Part shown: positions 49,039 to 61,152 of the stretch, piece by piece
Position numbering within the stretch: the stretch's first letter is position 1
How the letters are laid out: each line of letters starts with the position of its first letter
From: Marsupella aquatica
Lineage: Eukaryota; Plantae; Marchantiophyta
Direction: 5' to 3'
NCBI GenBank assembly: GCA_973895155.1
Contig: OZ316893.1
Span: 13,036,359-13,100,358, forward strand
Length of the DNA: 64,000 bases
Translations under genes and position numbers: made by a program
Notes under the pieces: model-generated
What the model saw: the letters and a program-made list of their open reading frames with translations, nothing else
The model's database searches: none
What the model was told of the DNA's origin: nothing

Positions 49039-50903
49039 TTGCAACACATCACGAAGATTTTGTAGTAGACGATTTTTCTGGTGAAAGCATTTTTCACATG
49101 ATTTAAAATTTACGTGCACCTGAAACGGTCGACAAGCATGAAATTTGCACAGGTCAGCATTCCAGGATATCACAGGGAGAATCTTCAGGTCGGTGCAAGA
49201 AGTGTGCTGACCCAAGATTGTGAGCCTGATAATATCTACCCTCAGGAGTGGTGCGTGAAGAACTCAGGCAGTGGTTTTCTTCGATTCTAGAGTCTTTAGT
49301 TAGGAGAATAGACCTTCGTGATCCTCAAAGGGCCCTGCCGAGTATCCTTTACGCCATTGACAAGCTTGATGCCGCAGCAATTTCATAGGAAGATCGAGAA
49401 ACCGTGCTTTGTCAACCATGTTCCTTCCATAAAGACATTCAATCAATGTACCTTGACTAAGAATACATTGCATGAGCTCAAATATGTAATGTCGCAGTAA
49501 AATCGTCATTTTAAACTCTCGATTCCTCTGTTTTCGAATAGGACTAAAGGAATCTAGTCTGTCTGGCATGTTCATGTCGTGCGGCATTGCTTTCTGGGTC
49601 CCTTTTGTTGTTACTGAACCTTGGTAAAATTCTTAGACTTATGGGCACTAAAATACTTCGTTCAGAGAGCACTTTCAGAAAAACAAAGAAGAAGAAAAAA
49701 AGGAAGAGAGAAATGGCATGGACGTACTGCGGAACTCAGTGGCCAAGTTTTACGGTCTGAAATGGTTCCAACATTGAGTTTTCTGTGATTGACAAAAACC
49801 TTCCATATCTTACTTTATCTTCTGAAAGTCTTAACATTCGAGTTGCACATTATAGGCGATTTAAGGGAGTGCACTTAGTGCAGAAAAAATAAGGAAACCC
49901 AATGTGTGAAAGTTTGGAAGCTACTCTGTTTCCCTTAATCAAATTCACAATATTTACAACTTCAGATGCGGAAGAAGTACATTTCATATGTGATAAGGTT
50001 GAAGTGGTTCACTCCGGCACCCCAGCAATCTTATACATGAACTTAACGACCCTAAGCAGTCGCGATGTGACGAGCCAGCCCGCAACCAGGCACCTGTAAG
50101 CTGGTCCATATATAAACTGGACAGGATCGACCTAGAACGATCACATCGTCGGAGCTCTCATTTTTGTGTCACGAAGACAACGTAAACCAAGGTCCTTGGG
50201 TCACCGAGTCATTCATGTGGCTGGTGATAGTGTTGAGTTCCATAGTACCGATGACAATGCGTTCCCCATCCGACGTTAGCATTGCACGAATCGAGATTTT
50301 TAAAGACAACTGGAGGCATAGTACGCAGTTTGAATTTCTGTGCACGTCACACTCGATTTTCTGAAGCTAGAAAGTGCAGGTGCAACAAATGACCGAGCAC
50401 TTACTGTGTAAAGCTTTCGCAACAGATAAACACAATTTTTGCACCGGCCTGGTCCGCGAACCACCCACAACGATGACTTCAAGTCAACTCAGGTACGTAA
50501 CGAAGTCCATAATTTGTTTGGGACATGCATGTCAAAAGTGCTACGCTGTCCAACAACATGACTTCAAAATGTTTCTTCCTCTCTTTCTAGATCTAATCGC
50601 TATTTGGACTGGAACTAGCAGGTCCAGTACTGTTACTTAACAACTGGAAGGTTTCATGGATTCATCCACGAATATAAGGCTCCATAAAACTCCCTTGGGG
50701 CCAATCGTCGTTGGAGGCTACGCCATCTATATTGCTAGTGTTGCGAACAATGGAGCAATGCATCTTCTGGCTGATGTTGTGACGTACTGTAGGTCGACAG
50801 GTTTGATCAGACTGCCGAGTCGACGGTGCCTCCAAGTATTGGCATCTCTAATATTGTCTATCGGCTGTTACTTTGCTCCACCGAGAGAACTGGTGGTGGG
50901 TGC

Positions 50904-51305
50904 CTATCTGTAACTGAGGGTAAAACCTATCTGCCCTGCGTTCGTCTGCTTGTTCGCGGGCAGGAAGAAGGTGATGCTGGCATTGAAGTACACAGGAGTC
51001 ACGGCGAAGAGGACTTTGGTACCACTAAGGGAAGACGTGTTGCTTGGGGCGACAGTGTAGTACACTAAGAAGAACTCTCGATTCTCTGGCAAAGTCCCAT
51101 CCGGTAAAGGACCCCAAGGTAACTGATATTCAGTGTTGGGGCCAAATGGGCCATATTCTAGATTCGACGTCACGTCAGAGAGTTGGACGTAGAATGGAGA
51201 GTTATTGTAGACATAAGTATTGCAATTAGCCACTGCAAGTACACCGATCAGAAGTACCACAAAAGCCAGCCCCACACGGCTGCCTCTCAAACTCAACGCC
51301 ACCAT
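50904..51305 (-). CDS. Small intronless secreted protein of unknown function (133 aa)
   Basis: ATG start, hydrophobic signal peptide ending VANC, beta-strand-like mature part, TATA-like element upstream, and similarity to 57734..58150. Confidence 0.7.
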   Translation of the reverse strand: MVALSLRGSRVGLAFVVLLIGVLAVANCNTYVYNNSPFYVQLSDVTSNLEYGPFGPNTEYQLPWGPLPDGTLPENREFFLVYYTVAPSNTSSLSGTKVLFAVTPVYFNASITFFLPANKQTNAGQIGFTLSYR

Positions 51306-51355
51306 GATTTCTAGGTAGAGCTGCTTTTTTCACGTTCTTCGTTGTTCTGAGCTCA

Positions 51356-51753
51356 GAGCTCTGAGCTCTAAGGCAATCCTCCCTTAGACACGAGACTACA
51401 AGTAAGAGAATTAAGGGGGGGAAGAGGACGTATTGAAGGAAAATCAATGGTAAGTTGGGTTCGACAAGAGGAGCTCTAGCTCCCCATATATATATGCAGG
51501 AAACTGAGTGTAGCTAACCAAGTACTACATATTTAAGTGCAGCAGGTAAACGAACGAGGAGCTCTGAGCTCTAAGGCAACCCTCCCTTAGACACGAGACT
51601 ACAAGTAAGAGAATTAAGGTGGGGAAGAGGACGTATTGAAGGAAATCAATGGTTGGGTTCGACAATAGGAGCTCTAGGTTCATATATATGCAGGAAACTG
51701 AGTGGAGCTAACGAAGTATTACAAATTTAGAGTGCAGCAGGTAAACGAACGAG
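51356..51753 (-). promoter_or_regulatory. ~200-bp tandem duplication of the 5' leader/core promoter, including a TATA-like element
   Basis: Copies at 51356-51558 and 51559-51753, each containing catatatatg-type TATA, immediately upstream of the minus-strand ATG at 51305. Confidence 0.7.
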
Positions 51754-52937
51754 GAACCCAATTACACACGCATAACCCAGATTTTAAAATCTTGTTCCGC
51801 CACAGCTATACATTGTTGGGATCAAAACGTGGGGCTGTGGAAAGGATGTCCGTTACTACCGTTGCTAGATTTACGAGCATAGAAAGAGCTTAATTGTTTC
51901 TTGAGAAGTGGATTGGGATCTTTCTTTCATGCTGAAGACAGGATAGAACCGCGGCGATGAGGGGCGAACGGTCCACCGGATTCTACCACGCAAACTTCAG
52001 GGCAATCAGACCAGATGTGCGTCACTTCCCTCGGCCATGTGAGACGTGGGACATCGGTCGATTTAATCAAGGATCGATACACTTTCAAATCTGGGACAGA
52101 CATTTGACCCCTCTTTACAACTTCTCAGGTACATCTGTTTGGCATTTGGGGCGCTCTAATTGCACATCAAAATAGGATTACATCACCATATACCATGATA
52201 AAACTCATTATTTTGTCTAAATTAGTGAGTGCACACCTCAAAATATACCTACACGTACAATATGACATATACTGACAGCACTTTATATCTTTATTCACCT
52301 ATTTATTTTCTTTAAATTAGTGAGTGCACCCTTACAATACCACGTGCACATCTTATATTAATTATCACATTTTGATTACTGGCAGGGCATTTGTTTCATA
52401 GACTCTATACATCCAGAGGGTAAAGGGTACCAAAGACATGGTATACGGACTTGACAAAGGACAAATTACGGTCTGGTTGATCAAGGATCCAAACAATCTC
52501 AAATGGGATTAGACTGTATCTGATCTGTCTCATATACACATGTTCCATAGTCTCTAGTAGGGCATCTCAATCTTTCTAGTTAGTAGCCGGGGTTATTGAC
52601 CCCAAAAATTGTGGCCAAAACTACATGGGCTTGCATAACCAAGGGGGGAGGGGGGAAGAACTTTGAGAGGGCTTGTAGCAAGTCGGCCTGTCATGTGCGA
52701 TTTAAAATGCCAGGGCGAAAAAGCCAGCTTGTTGTACCACACATTTTCAGTCTACATCTTGCACAGTAAAGTCTTGACCCGACTTGAAGCTTGCATCTTT
52801 TAGTGTTTGAGACTCTCTCTTCATAGCATAACCCACAACTACCCCTTCAAAAGCTACATTATCTGTAATAAGCTAACTAAGGTTCCTTGTTAGTACACAA
52901 ATTTTGCTATTAACAATAAAATTTCCCAGTATCCAAA

Positions 52938-53231
52938 CTCAGGGGTTTCATTATATGGATGTCTCCCTATCACCTGTGATGTTTTTAGGCCTCATACCCC
53001 CTAAAATGCAAGAAAAATAATTTATTTTTTGACCCCTATAAAGTTAGAATATTCTTGGAATATTCCAAAATTGGTTATAAGGACCCTAATGTTCTTATAA
53101 ATCTCAAAATTGAATTTAAAAGACCCTATTGTTCTTTCAGAAAATTCTTAAGTCTTTCCTTTGAACCAATAAAATGATCCTATACTTCGTCGCACATGAT
53201 AAACCATTTTTGTGGAAATGAAACCCCCAAG
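52938..53231. mobile_element. 294-bp MITE with 8-bp TSD TATCCAAA
   Basis: TSD at 52930-52937 and 53232-53239. TIRs CTCAGGGGTTTCATT / AATGAAACCCCCAAG. Confidence 0.85.
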
Positions 53232-54252
53232 TATCCAAATAACAATAAAGTTTTCCCAAAATGGTGGAGCAGATTGGCACCTTAATTAGAGGAAAGGCAC
53301 CTTATCCAAATACACTACAGTTTTCCCAAAATCATTGTGCAAACTGGCACCTAGAGGAAAATCACCTTTGAGAAAAAAATGAGTGGAATGTGAAAAAAAG
53401 GAGAAATTTTGGACACTTTCAGTCCCTTGTATATAGGCAGTTGTGATTGAAAGGGTAACTATCTAAAGAGTGACATTGGGATACTGAATTGACAATTACT
53501 CAAGCTCTAGCTTGACTGATGACATGGAATGTTCAGTCAAGGCAATTAGTCAATCCAAAATATCCCAGGCTGGGGCTTAAGTGGAGTAACTATACATTCC
53601 ACATGCACTTAGTATTGATGAGATCAACTTCAAGGAGAAATGGAGCCTTAGTGCCCAAAGTTTTTAGCTAAGAGAAACACACAATAAGTGACAATAACTG
53701 GGGCCATCTTTCAATTTGTCTAGCCCTGTGCATGTTCATCTCAAAGACCAGAAATAGAATGCGAGCAACACCAGACATTAATTCTCACCAACATCAAACC
53801 ATTTCCACTTACTTGAGGATGATAACCATCCTTCTGTTAGGGGTTCAAATCTCAAAATCTGATGGACCAGGTTAGGGACAAGAAGTTAAATAGGGACTAC
53901 CAAGTTCATGATCCATTGATAACTTTTTGCCATAAAGATTGGTCATAAGCCATGAGCACAAGTCACTGTAGCGGCTAGTGACAAAAAACCTATTATGTAA
54001 CCCTGTGAAAAAGTTATGGCCATCTGTTTGTGGCCAAAAGCCATAATCTGTAACTATGCAGCATTGAGACTCCCTATTGAATTTCTCAAGTGTTTGCCAG
54101 ATAATAATAATTTTTGAGTACTCTGCATGTAAGAAATTATTCATTCGATCTATCACTAAAAATGAAACTTAGTCAATAAAATCAACGTTCACCAACTTGT
54201 GTGATACAGACTTTGATCAACATGAAAACATTAGTTATTTAATGTATCAAGA

Positions 54253-55984
54253 ACTATAATACAAGGTTGTGCCTTTTAATGCAGTGGTCGTCATTCAAAA
54301 ATACAGTGCCAAGAAAAGAAGTAACCAATAAACTGAAGGGATAAAACCAAAAGCAAATTAAATATAGTGTGAACCAAAAAGTACAGGAAATCTTTTCACA
54401 CAACCAGTAATCAATTGGTGGACACAAAAACAAAAAATGTAGCTAACCCTGTTGCATTGCATGCACTTTTCACACAAAAAAGAATCTAATGGTGGGGACA
54501 AAAGACAAAAACGTACCTAACCCAATTGTATGCAAGAGTATCATAAGTGATATACCATATCCTCTAAAAATGGATACGGTATTATTTACAAACTCAAGAA
54601 AAAATGGGAACAATCCTAGGTCTTAAGTAAAAATTTGTTTTTCTGTAAATGTAGGATCCATCCATATCTCTATTAATCTGGATTACCTCTGCCCAAGCTA
54701 CCCATAACCTACCCAAACCCAACTAAAATTTAAAAAAAATAGAATATTATTAAAAACTAATTATTCAAATTTAGTATTAATAATGTGTATATATGATATT
54801 AATTTCTCTAAAATTTTATAATAAAAAATATATTTTTCTATCACTTGGTTGTGCTTAGACTCTATGTTGCAGTGACTATTATCTCAGCCTGCAGTGCACG
54901 AGTTGTTGCACACCACCACAACAACTCTACCTTGCCTTGACATATTTTTCTCATCTCGCCATTTTTTATGACATTGACATTTTTATCTCATGACAATTTT
55001 TTCTCACCCTCAACATTGTTTAGGTCCTTGATATATTTTCTCACCTGACTTGACATCTTTTTTCACTTTGACATCATTATCTCACCACAACATCTTTCCC
55101 TCACCTTCGACATATGTTCTCTCCTCAACGTCATTTTCTCACCTCGCCATGTTTTTTCTCTCCTCAACATCACCTTGACTTCTTTGTCTCACCTCAACAT
55201 CTCTTTTTGTCATAGTGACATTTGTTTTCACCTCAAAACCTGATCTATTTCTCAACTTCACACTAATTTTTATCTCATCACAACATCTTTCCCTCACCCT
55301 CAACATCTTTTCCTCATCTTCACATATTTTTCTCACATCGCCATCTTTTCTCTCCTTGACATAGTTTTTGTTTTACATCTTTTTCTTAGCTCAACATCTC
55401 TTTTTCTCATCAACATCTTTGTTCACCTCGACATATTTTTCTCACCTCCACTTCTTTTTCTCACTTCAACTTCTTTTTCTTACCTCAACATCTATTTTCA
55501 CCTCAACATATTTTTCTCACCACACCATCTTTTGTGCAACTTTTGTCTTAACAACATCTTTTTTACTTAACGACAACTTTTCTCTTAACGACACCTTGGG
55601 CAACATGACATTTCTTTTCTTAAGGACATATTGGGTGACACAATATCAATTTTCTTAAGTACATCTTGGGTGTCACAACATTTTTGTTCTCAACAACATC
55701 TTGGGTGACACGATATCTTTTTTCTTCATTAATGACACATTGGGTGACACAACATTTTTTTTGTTCATGACATCTTCAGTTGGGCGACACTACATTTTCT
55801 TTCTTAACGACATATTGGGCAACATCACATCTTTTTTTCTTAACGGCATCTTGGGCGACACAACATATTTGTTCTTAACGACATTTTGGGCGACACAACA
55901 TCTTTTTGTCTTAACGACATCTTAGAGAACACGACATTTTGGGCGACATGACATCTTTTGTGCAACGCACGGGTATTGAGCTAG
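54253..55984 (+). mobile_element. Non-autonomous Helitron, copy B, with internal minisatellite array
   Basis: Classic 3' end GTGCAACGCACGGGTATTGAGCTAG|T (55960-55985). The 5' ~500 bp is homologous to the reverse complement of 38080-38689. Internal ctcacctcaacatc and gggcgacacaacat repeats at 54930-55950. Confidence 0.8.
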
Positions 55985-57733
55985 TATATAATAAATTCGT
56001 GCAAATGTTGGTGTCGTTTCTATGACACCCAATCAATAATGGTCACCTAGAATATCCGATTCACAATAATCACATTGAAATTAAAGATATGAATCTAATA
56101 AATGGAAAATGGAGATAAATATCCAAAACTCTTGTCAATTGATATACATTTCTATACACTAACAACCTGGATATCAAATGAATATACAGCCCAATTCTAA
56201 TTTGCTATGTCTTTCACACTTACTAAGAATGAACAAATCTTGCTCTCTTTCTCATTAGCCAAACTCTTTACCTCTCCCTCGAGCTATTTTTTGGGTACCA
56301 TCCCAACCTTGTGTATTTCTGAAAGCTTGTTATTCCTGATTAATTACTGTACTCTGGACAGAAAAAACTGAAGCCGTGATGGACCCAAAGTGATCATTGA
56401 GTTTACACCAAACAGAAAAATTAAGAAACTGGCCAAGTATGGACCAATTTGTACAATGTTATGGGATGAGATGGTTTGAGCAAATCCATCCAAGCTTGCC
56501 AGACCACCCTGGCTTCACAGACAAATTGGAGGTTCATTCAGGCTTTTTCCCATAAACAGGTTTAAGATCTCACAATAATTTGACTTTATTGTATTGTTTT
56601 GTCAATAATTAATGAGTCTTCTTGTAACCTCAGCACAATGGGTTTAGCGTCTTATTTTCTCCCCTAGAAAAACCAATAATAATATAGTCATAAAATGAAA
56701 GGAGTTTATGAAGGCCGGTCAAGTCCTTCTTTGACTCAAGGTGGATTAGATTCGTTGGAGGGAAACGAGATTATTTTGGCAGAACTCGATCGAGATCCCC
56801 GTCGACAACGAGTCCAGATCACAAGGAGTGGAATTATGCTTATTGCCCAGTGATTCGAACGAGGACAATCATGCACTTGAAGAAAATCAACCCTCAGTTG
56901 CACTTATCTACTGCTTGCAATGATTACATCATGCTGCACCTTTCTGGCCTCTGCTGTACGTTTGGATTAGCATCTTTAGAGAAACATTGCCCGGTAGCAT
57001 CTCGATTAGACACGTTTCCCGGATTGATTCTCCTAACCTGCAGCAATTCATGCAAGTTCGACCTACGCCTGATCTTATACTTCGAGAATCCGCTTGAGCA
57101 CAATAGTTATCTGTGTTGATAGAGAGGAAATAATTATGGCCAGTCATCATTTTCAGGGTCCTGTTAATTTGTAGTATTCATGCAGACGACTTGTCTTTGT
57201 TGGACTATCAGCTTGTCGTTGACCACAAACGTCCGTTAGTTCCAGTGGGTCCGAGCCTGTAATGATAAGTAGAGCTCTTCGTTTCAAGCAAAGACCTGCT
57301 GTCCTCACCCGAAGCTTCACTTTACTGCAGAGGCTGGCGTTTTATTCGAGGACGTGCAAGCTGGGATTAAAGGTAGATATATTAGTCTTAGCTCTTCACC
57401 GATCGATCCCTCTCCTGTTTCCTGTTTGAACTTGCAACGTCGACAAGAACGATGTCGAATATAGACCTGCTTTGAATAATACAGTTCTTACGCAGCTTCG
57501 GCATTTTCGAAGGAGATAATTATGCAGTTTCTGGTTCACATTATGTATAAAATCTGTTGGCTTGGCGGAGGACATCCAATATATGCAGCAGTTGTGCAGG
57601 AAGCCCGATCGAGCTAGCTCGCTGAGTCCACTGTGATCATGTTCCTGACAACTTTCCGTTTTCATAGCTAACAAGTAGATCGGTTGAGCCAGCCGGACAG
57701 CCTTGGAAGCTCCCTTTGCTTTTGATTCCAATC

Positions 57734-58150
57734 ATGGCAAATCTGAAGTCTAGCAGCAGCAGCAGGAGCGGCAGTGTGCACCTCATTCCTGTCGTGCTTC
57801 TGATATATATCGCAATGGGTGGAGTAAATTGTGACATTACCGTCATCAACAGGGCACTACACAATTTCTATATTTTTGAAATCACCTCAGCTGCTTCTAC
57901 AGTTTCCCTCGCGCCGCAGCTAGAAATCACCTTTCCGATATCTGCGTCGGTATCTAACTTCGGGATCGCACCGGCGCCTGAGGTGATCTTCATCGGGAAG
58001 TACATCTCTGTCAACAGCACCAGTACCGGTGCCAAAGAGCACTTCACCACCTTGTGGGTGTCCAACAACGCCACTGTCACCTTCTTCGAAACTGCTGGCG
58101 AGACAAATTGCACGACTGCGAGAGTGGGATTTACTATAGACTATCTATAA
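57734..58150 (+). CDS. Small intronless secreted protein of unknown function (138 aa), paralogue of 50904..51305
   Basis: ATG at 57734, signal peptide ending GVNC, C-terminus NATVTFF...TN...VGFTIDYL matching NASITFF...TN...IGFTLSYR. Confidence 0.7.
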   Translation: MANLKSSSSSRSGSVHLIPVVLLIYIAMGGVNCDITVINRALHNFYIFEITSAASTVSLAPQLEITFPISASVSNFGIAPAPEVIFIGKYISVNSTSTGAKEHFTTLWVSNNATVTFFETAGETNCTTARVGFTIDYL

Positions 58151-61100
58151 GTCATGAATCACTTCCGTTACCTCTCCTGAGCGAGCAGCTTCGACTATGA
58201 AAATAGGATTGGTCCAAGCGAACACCAAGATCATATTATATGAAGTAGCTCATTAGCTACAAAACTCGTGTGATGCACACTGGAAGGTCCGAGCATGGCA
58301 GATCTCCTCCATCTGGTTGTTGGAACCCAATTGAATGAAACAATAGTTGAATTTGTGCTTATTTGTGGACGGCTGCTCTGTTGCTCCTCCTCCAGCGAAT
58401 TTTGTACCGTTTGCTTCAGTGGCTGCGCCGACCAAATGGATTGATCATTGTCATGACATCGATCACATTCAATCGACAAATGTTTGCAAAAATAAATGTT
58501 GATGTGGATCATTGTCGTCCTGTTAGTCCAACCGTTAGACATCATCAGATGGCTGAGATTAGTGCTGCAAAAACCAAGCTAAAATGTTAGAATGGACCAC
58601 TCATACCCGGCTGACGACAGAATGTCAATTGCATGCTACTAACTTCGCAATTGACATGAGCATGGTCACCAAGAAGGCAGTAGTTGATTTAAATATATCT
58701 TTAATTCGGACTCAAAGGTTTTTCTATTTGACAACCATATGTGATGATCGTCCTGATATCATCCAGTAATTTTTACATTTTATGAAAACTAGAGTTGGCA
58801 AGAAAATTAAAAAAATACACCTCAGGACTGTTGACATCAAAGCTCGACCGGAGAATGGGATAGTTACTAGGGGTAAGGTAGGATAGGTCCTTCGGTTAAA
58901 TGGACAAGTTTGGACAATTCATCCCATGATACGGGATGAGGTCGATCGAGACTGTATTAAACAATTCGTCTGATGAAGTCTCTATCTAGTAGTATATTGA
59001 CTGAAAACCAGGTCGATCGATTAGTTGATGATACAACAGTCAAAATTGAGATGTCGTATGAATTCATCGTCTGTGGCTACTTGCACATATGTCAATATAT
59101 GACTGTATACATTCTGGTTTCACTGTCAGCCATCTCCTTGATTTATCCTCATATATTATCGATCATATGCTCGATTTGTTTAGAAACAAACAGTGAGACT
59201 ACCTCAACCGCAATTCCCGGCGAAAGTCTCACAAGTATCTGAGAAGATTGTCAGTGTTACTATGATTGCCTGGTCAAGGCTTTAAGCTAGAAGCGCTCCG
59301 AAAGATTTGTGAATGAGGACTAGCTTGTCTATTAATATTGTGTATTGAAGTCTAATGGGCACTAGCCAACAATGACTTTTCACGACGACTAAACTGGGAC
59401 ACCTTTCTAGAGCTCAATTCCCTTATACTAAAACTACTGTAGCAATTCCCCCAACTTGGTCAAGTGATCACCCCTCTATAGTTATGCAATACCCAATACA
59501 GTTACTGATTTATTTATGGGAGGGGTAAATGGGCTATTCCTCCCTAGAATGGGGAGGTGTTTGTTGCAGACAAGATTGACAGATGAGTACTGGCCATTCA
59601 GTCTTTCCAGATTTAATCTAAACTGTTTGGATCCGACTACTAGCTCCTTCAGAATTTGAAGCCCGGATAGATGGAGGCCTGTTTGGGAGCGCGCCAGTCG
59701 TCTAGCAAGTAATTAATCCGGTGATTTAATTGCCAAATTCATGATTTTTCCTTTGCCGTACCACTAGAGCAAATTTGACTAAAACTATCCACAATGAAAA
59801 CGTACATTAAAAACAACATATTTTATCTGTAAGGAATGTCAAGTATGATCCAAGGAAAGCTAAGCATTGCCCTATCCAGCAAATTATCTTTCTTCCATTG
59901 GTTGAGAAAGTGTTATGTTTTCCACCGACGGCCTGCTGAGGTGCTATGCTCCCCGATAAGGAAGGCAAAACGTGGTCGACCGAGAAAGTATGATTGAATA
60001 TACAGTTAGCTTGATTCACGTTTAAGTATATGCTTTAGTTTCTAGTCCAAGTGAAATACCAACACTTTATCTTGGTTGCTAGATAGGATTCCTTGGCCTA
60101 TCACTAACAACTCAAACTAGATGAGAGCGGTTACCTTCTTGACTAGCAAATAAGAGGGTCATTGAGATATAACATGCAAGGTCCAAATTAATTAATAATG
60201 ATCTATGAAAACAGAATTAAAAAGAGTGTGTAAGGGCCTGCATCGGACCTCAAGGTGTTTCCAAAAGGGAAGAAAAAATAGTTAGATCAAAACCAACTTG
60301 AATGAGAACAAACATTCTCATTAACAAGATCCCCCACACTTGACTAAGGTTAATTTTTTGCATAACTATGGCTGGACAAGAAGGGTCACTTTTGACCAAA
60401 AAACACACTAACAAAAACCAACCTCATGAAACTCTTGTTTAAATTAATCTAAAGGCTATATCTTGCATGTCCTGTGTGATCTCACTGTAACTACCCTTAT
60501 TTAACACTAGCTCCGACTACCCGTTCTTTGAACGTCAATAGCGATGAGGACCAAAAAGTGCTTGAGACAAAATAGATTTGAGAAAATAATAAGAATAGTG
60601 TATCAAAAGGCAAAGGGAAACCTCACTTGAGAAATTTTTCCACCAAGACTCAAAACTTGATGGTGAAATGGTTCAAGTGGGGGAAAACCCTAAATTTTAT
60701 TCAAATGGTGAAAATCTGAACATAAGGTATGTTAGATGGCTTGTAGATGTCAACATGACATAAAACAATAATGTCATATGACAGCCACCATGAAATAGTC
60801 CCTTGTAGACTACACATCTGCTTGAATATCTAGAAGTGCTCCATTTGCTTGGAGTGTGGAACCAACCAAGCAACCAAAACTACAATGCAAAAACACCCAA
60901 AAGAAGAAGCCAAAAGAACGGTCATAGGAGGAAATCAATTGCAATAGATTGAATGCATCTAGAATGATGGAATATAAAGAGAGTGGAGTAAGTAATATAA
61001 CCCTCTTCAAAAAGATTCCAAGTGCTAAGAAGATCCAATCATGTTATCAAAAAAGGGTCAAGTTAGTATTGAATTGAATGAATGTGGAAGGAATATTTAC

Positions 61101-61152
61101 CTGTCAAATATTGAAACAATTGATTATTGAAGCTTGGAGTAGAGAAGCCGTT

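Noticed and set aside
49150-50640. Coding-like fragments downstream of ALKBH1
   Set aside because: Short, stop-interrupted and without identifiable motifs; they cannot be supported as a gene.
54930-55950. CRISPR-like array or Phe/Thr-rich ORFs
   Set aside because: Degenerate tandem units without unique spacers, inside a Helitron, in eukaryotic DNA with no cas genes.
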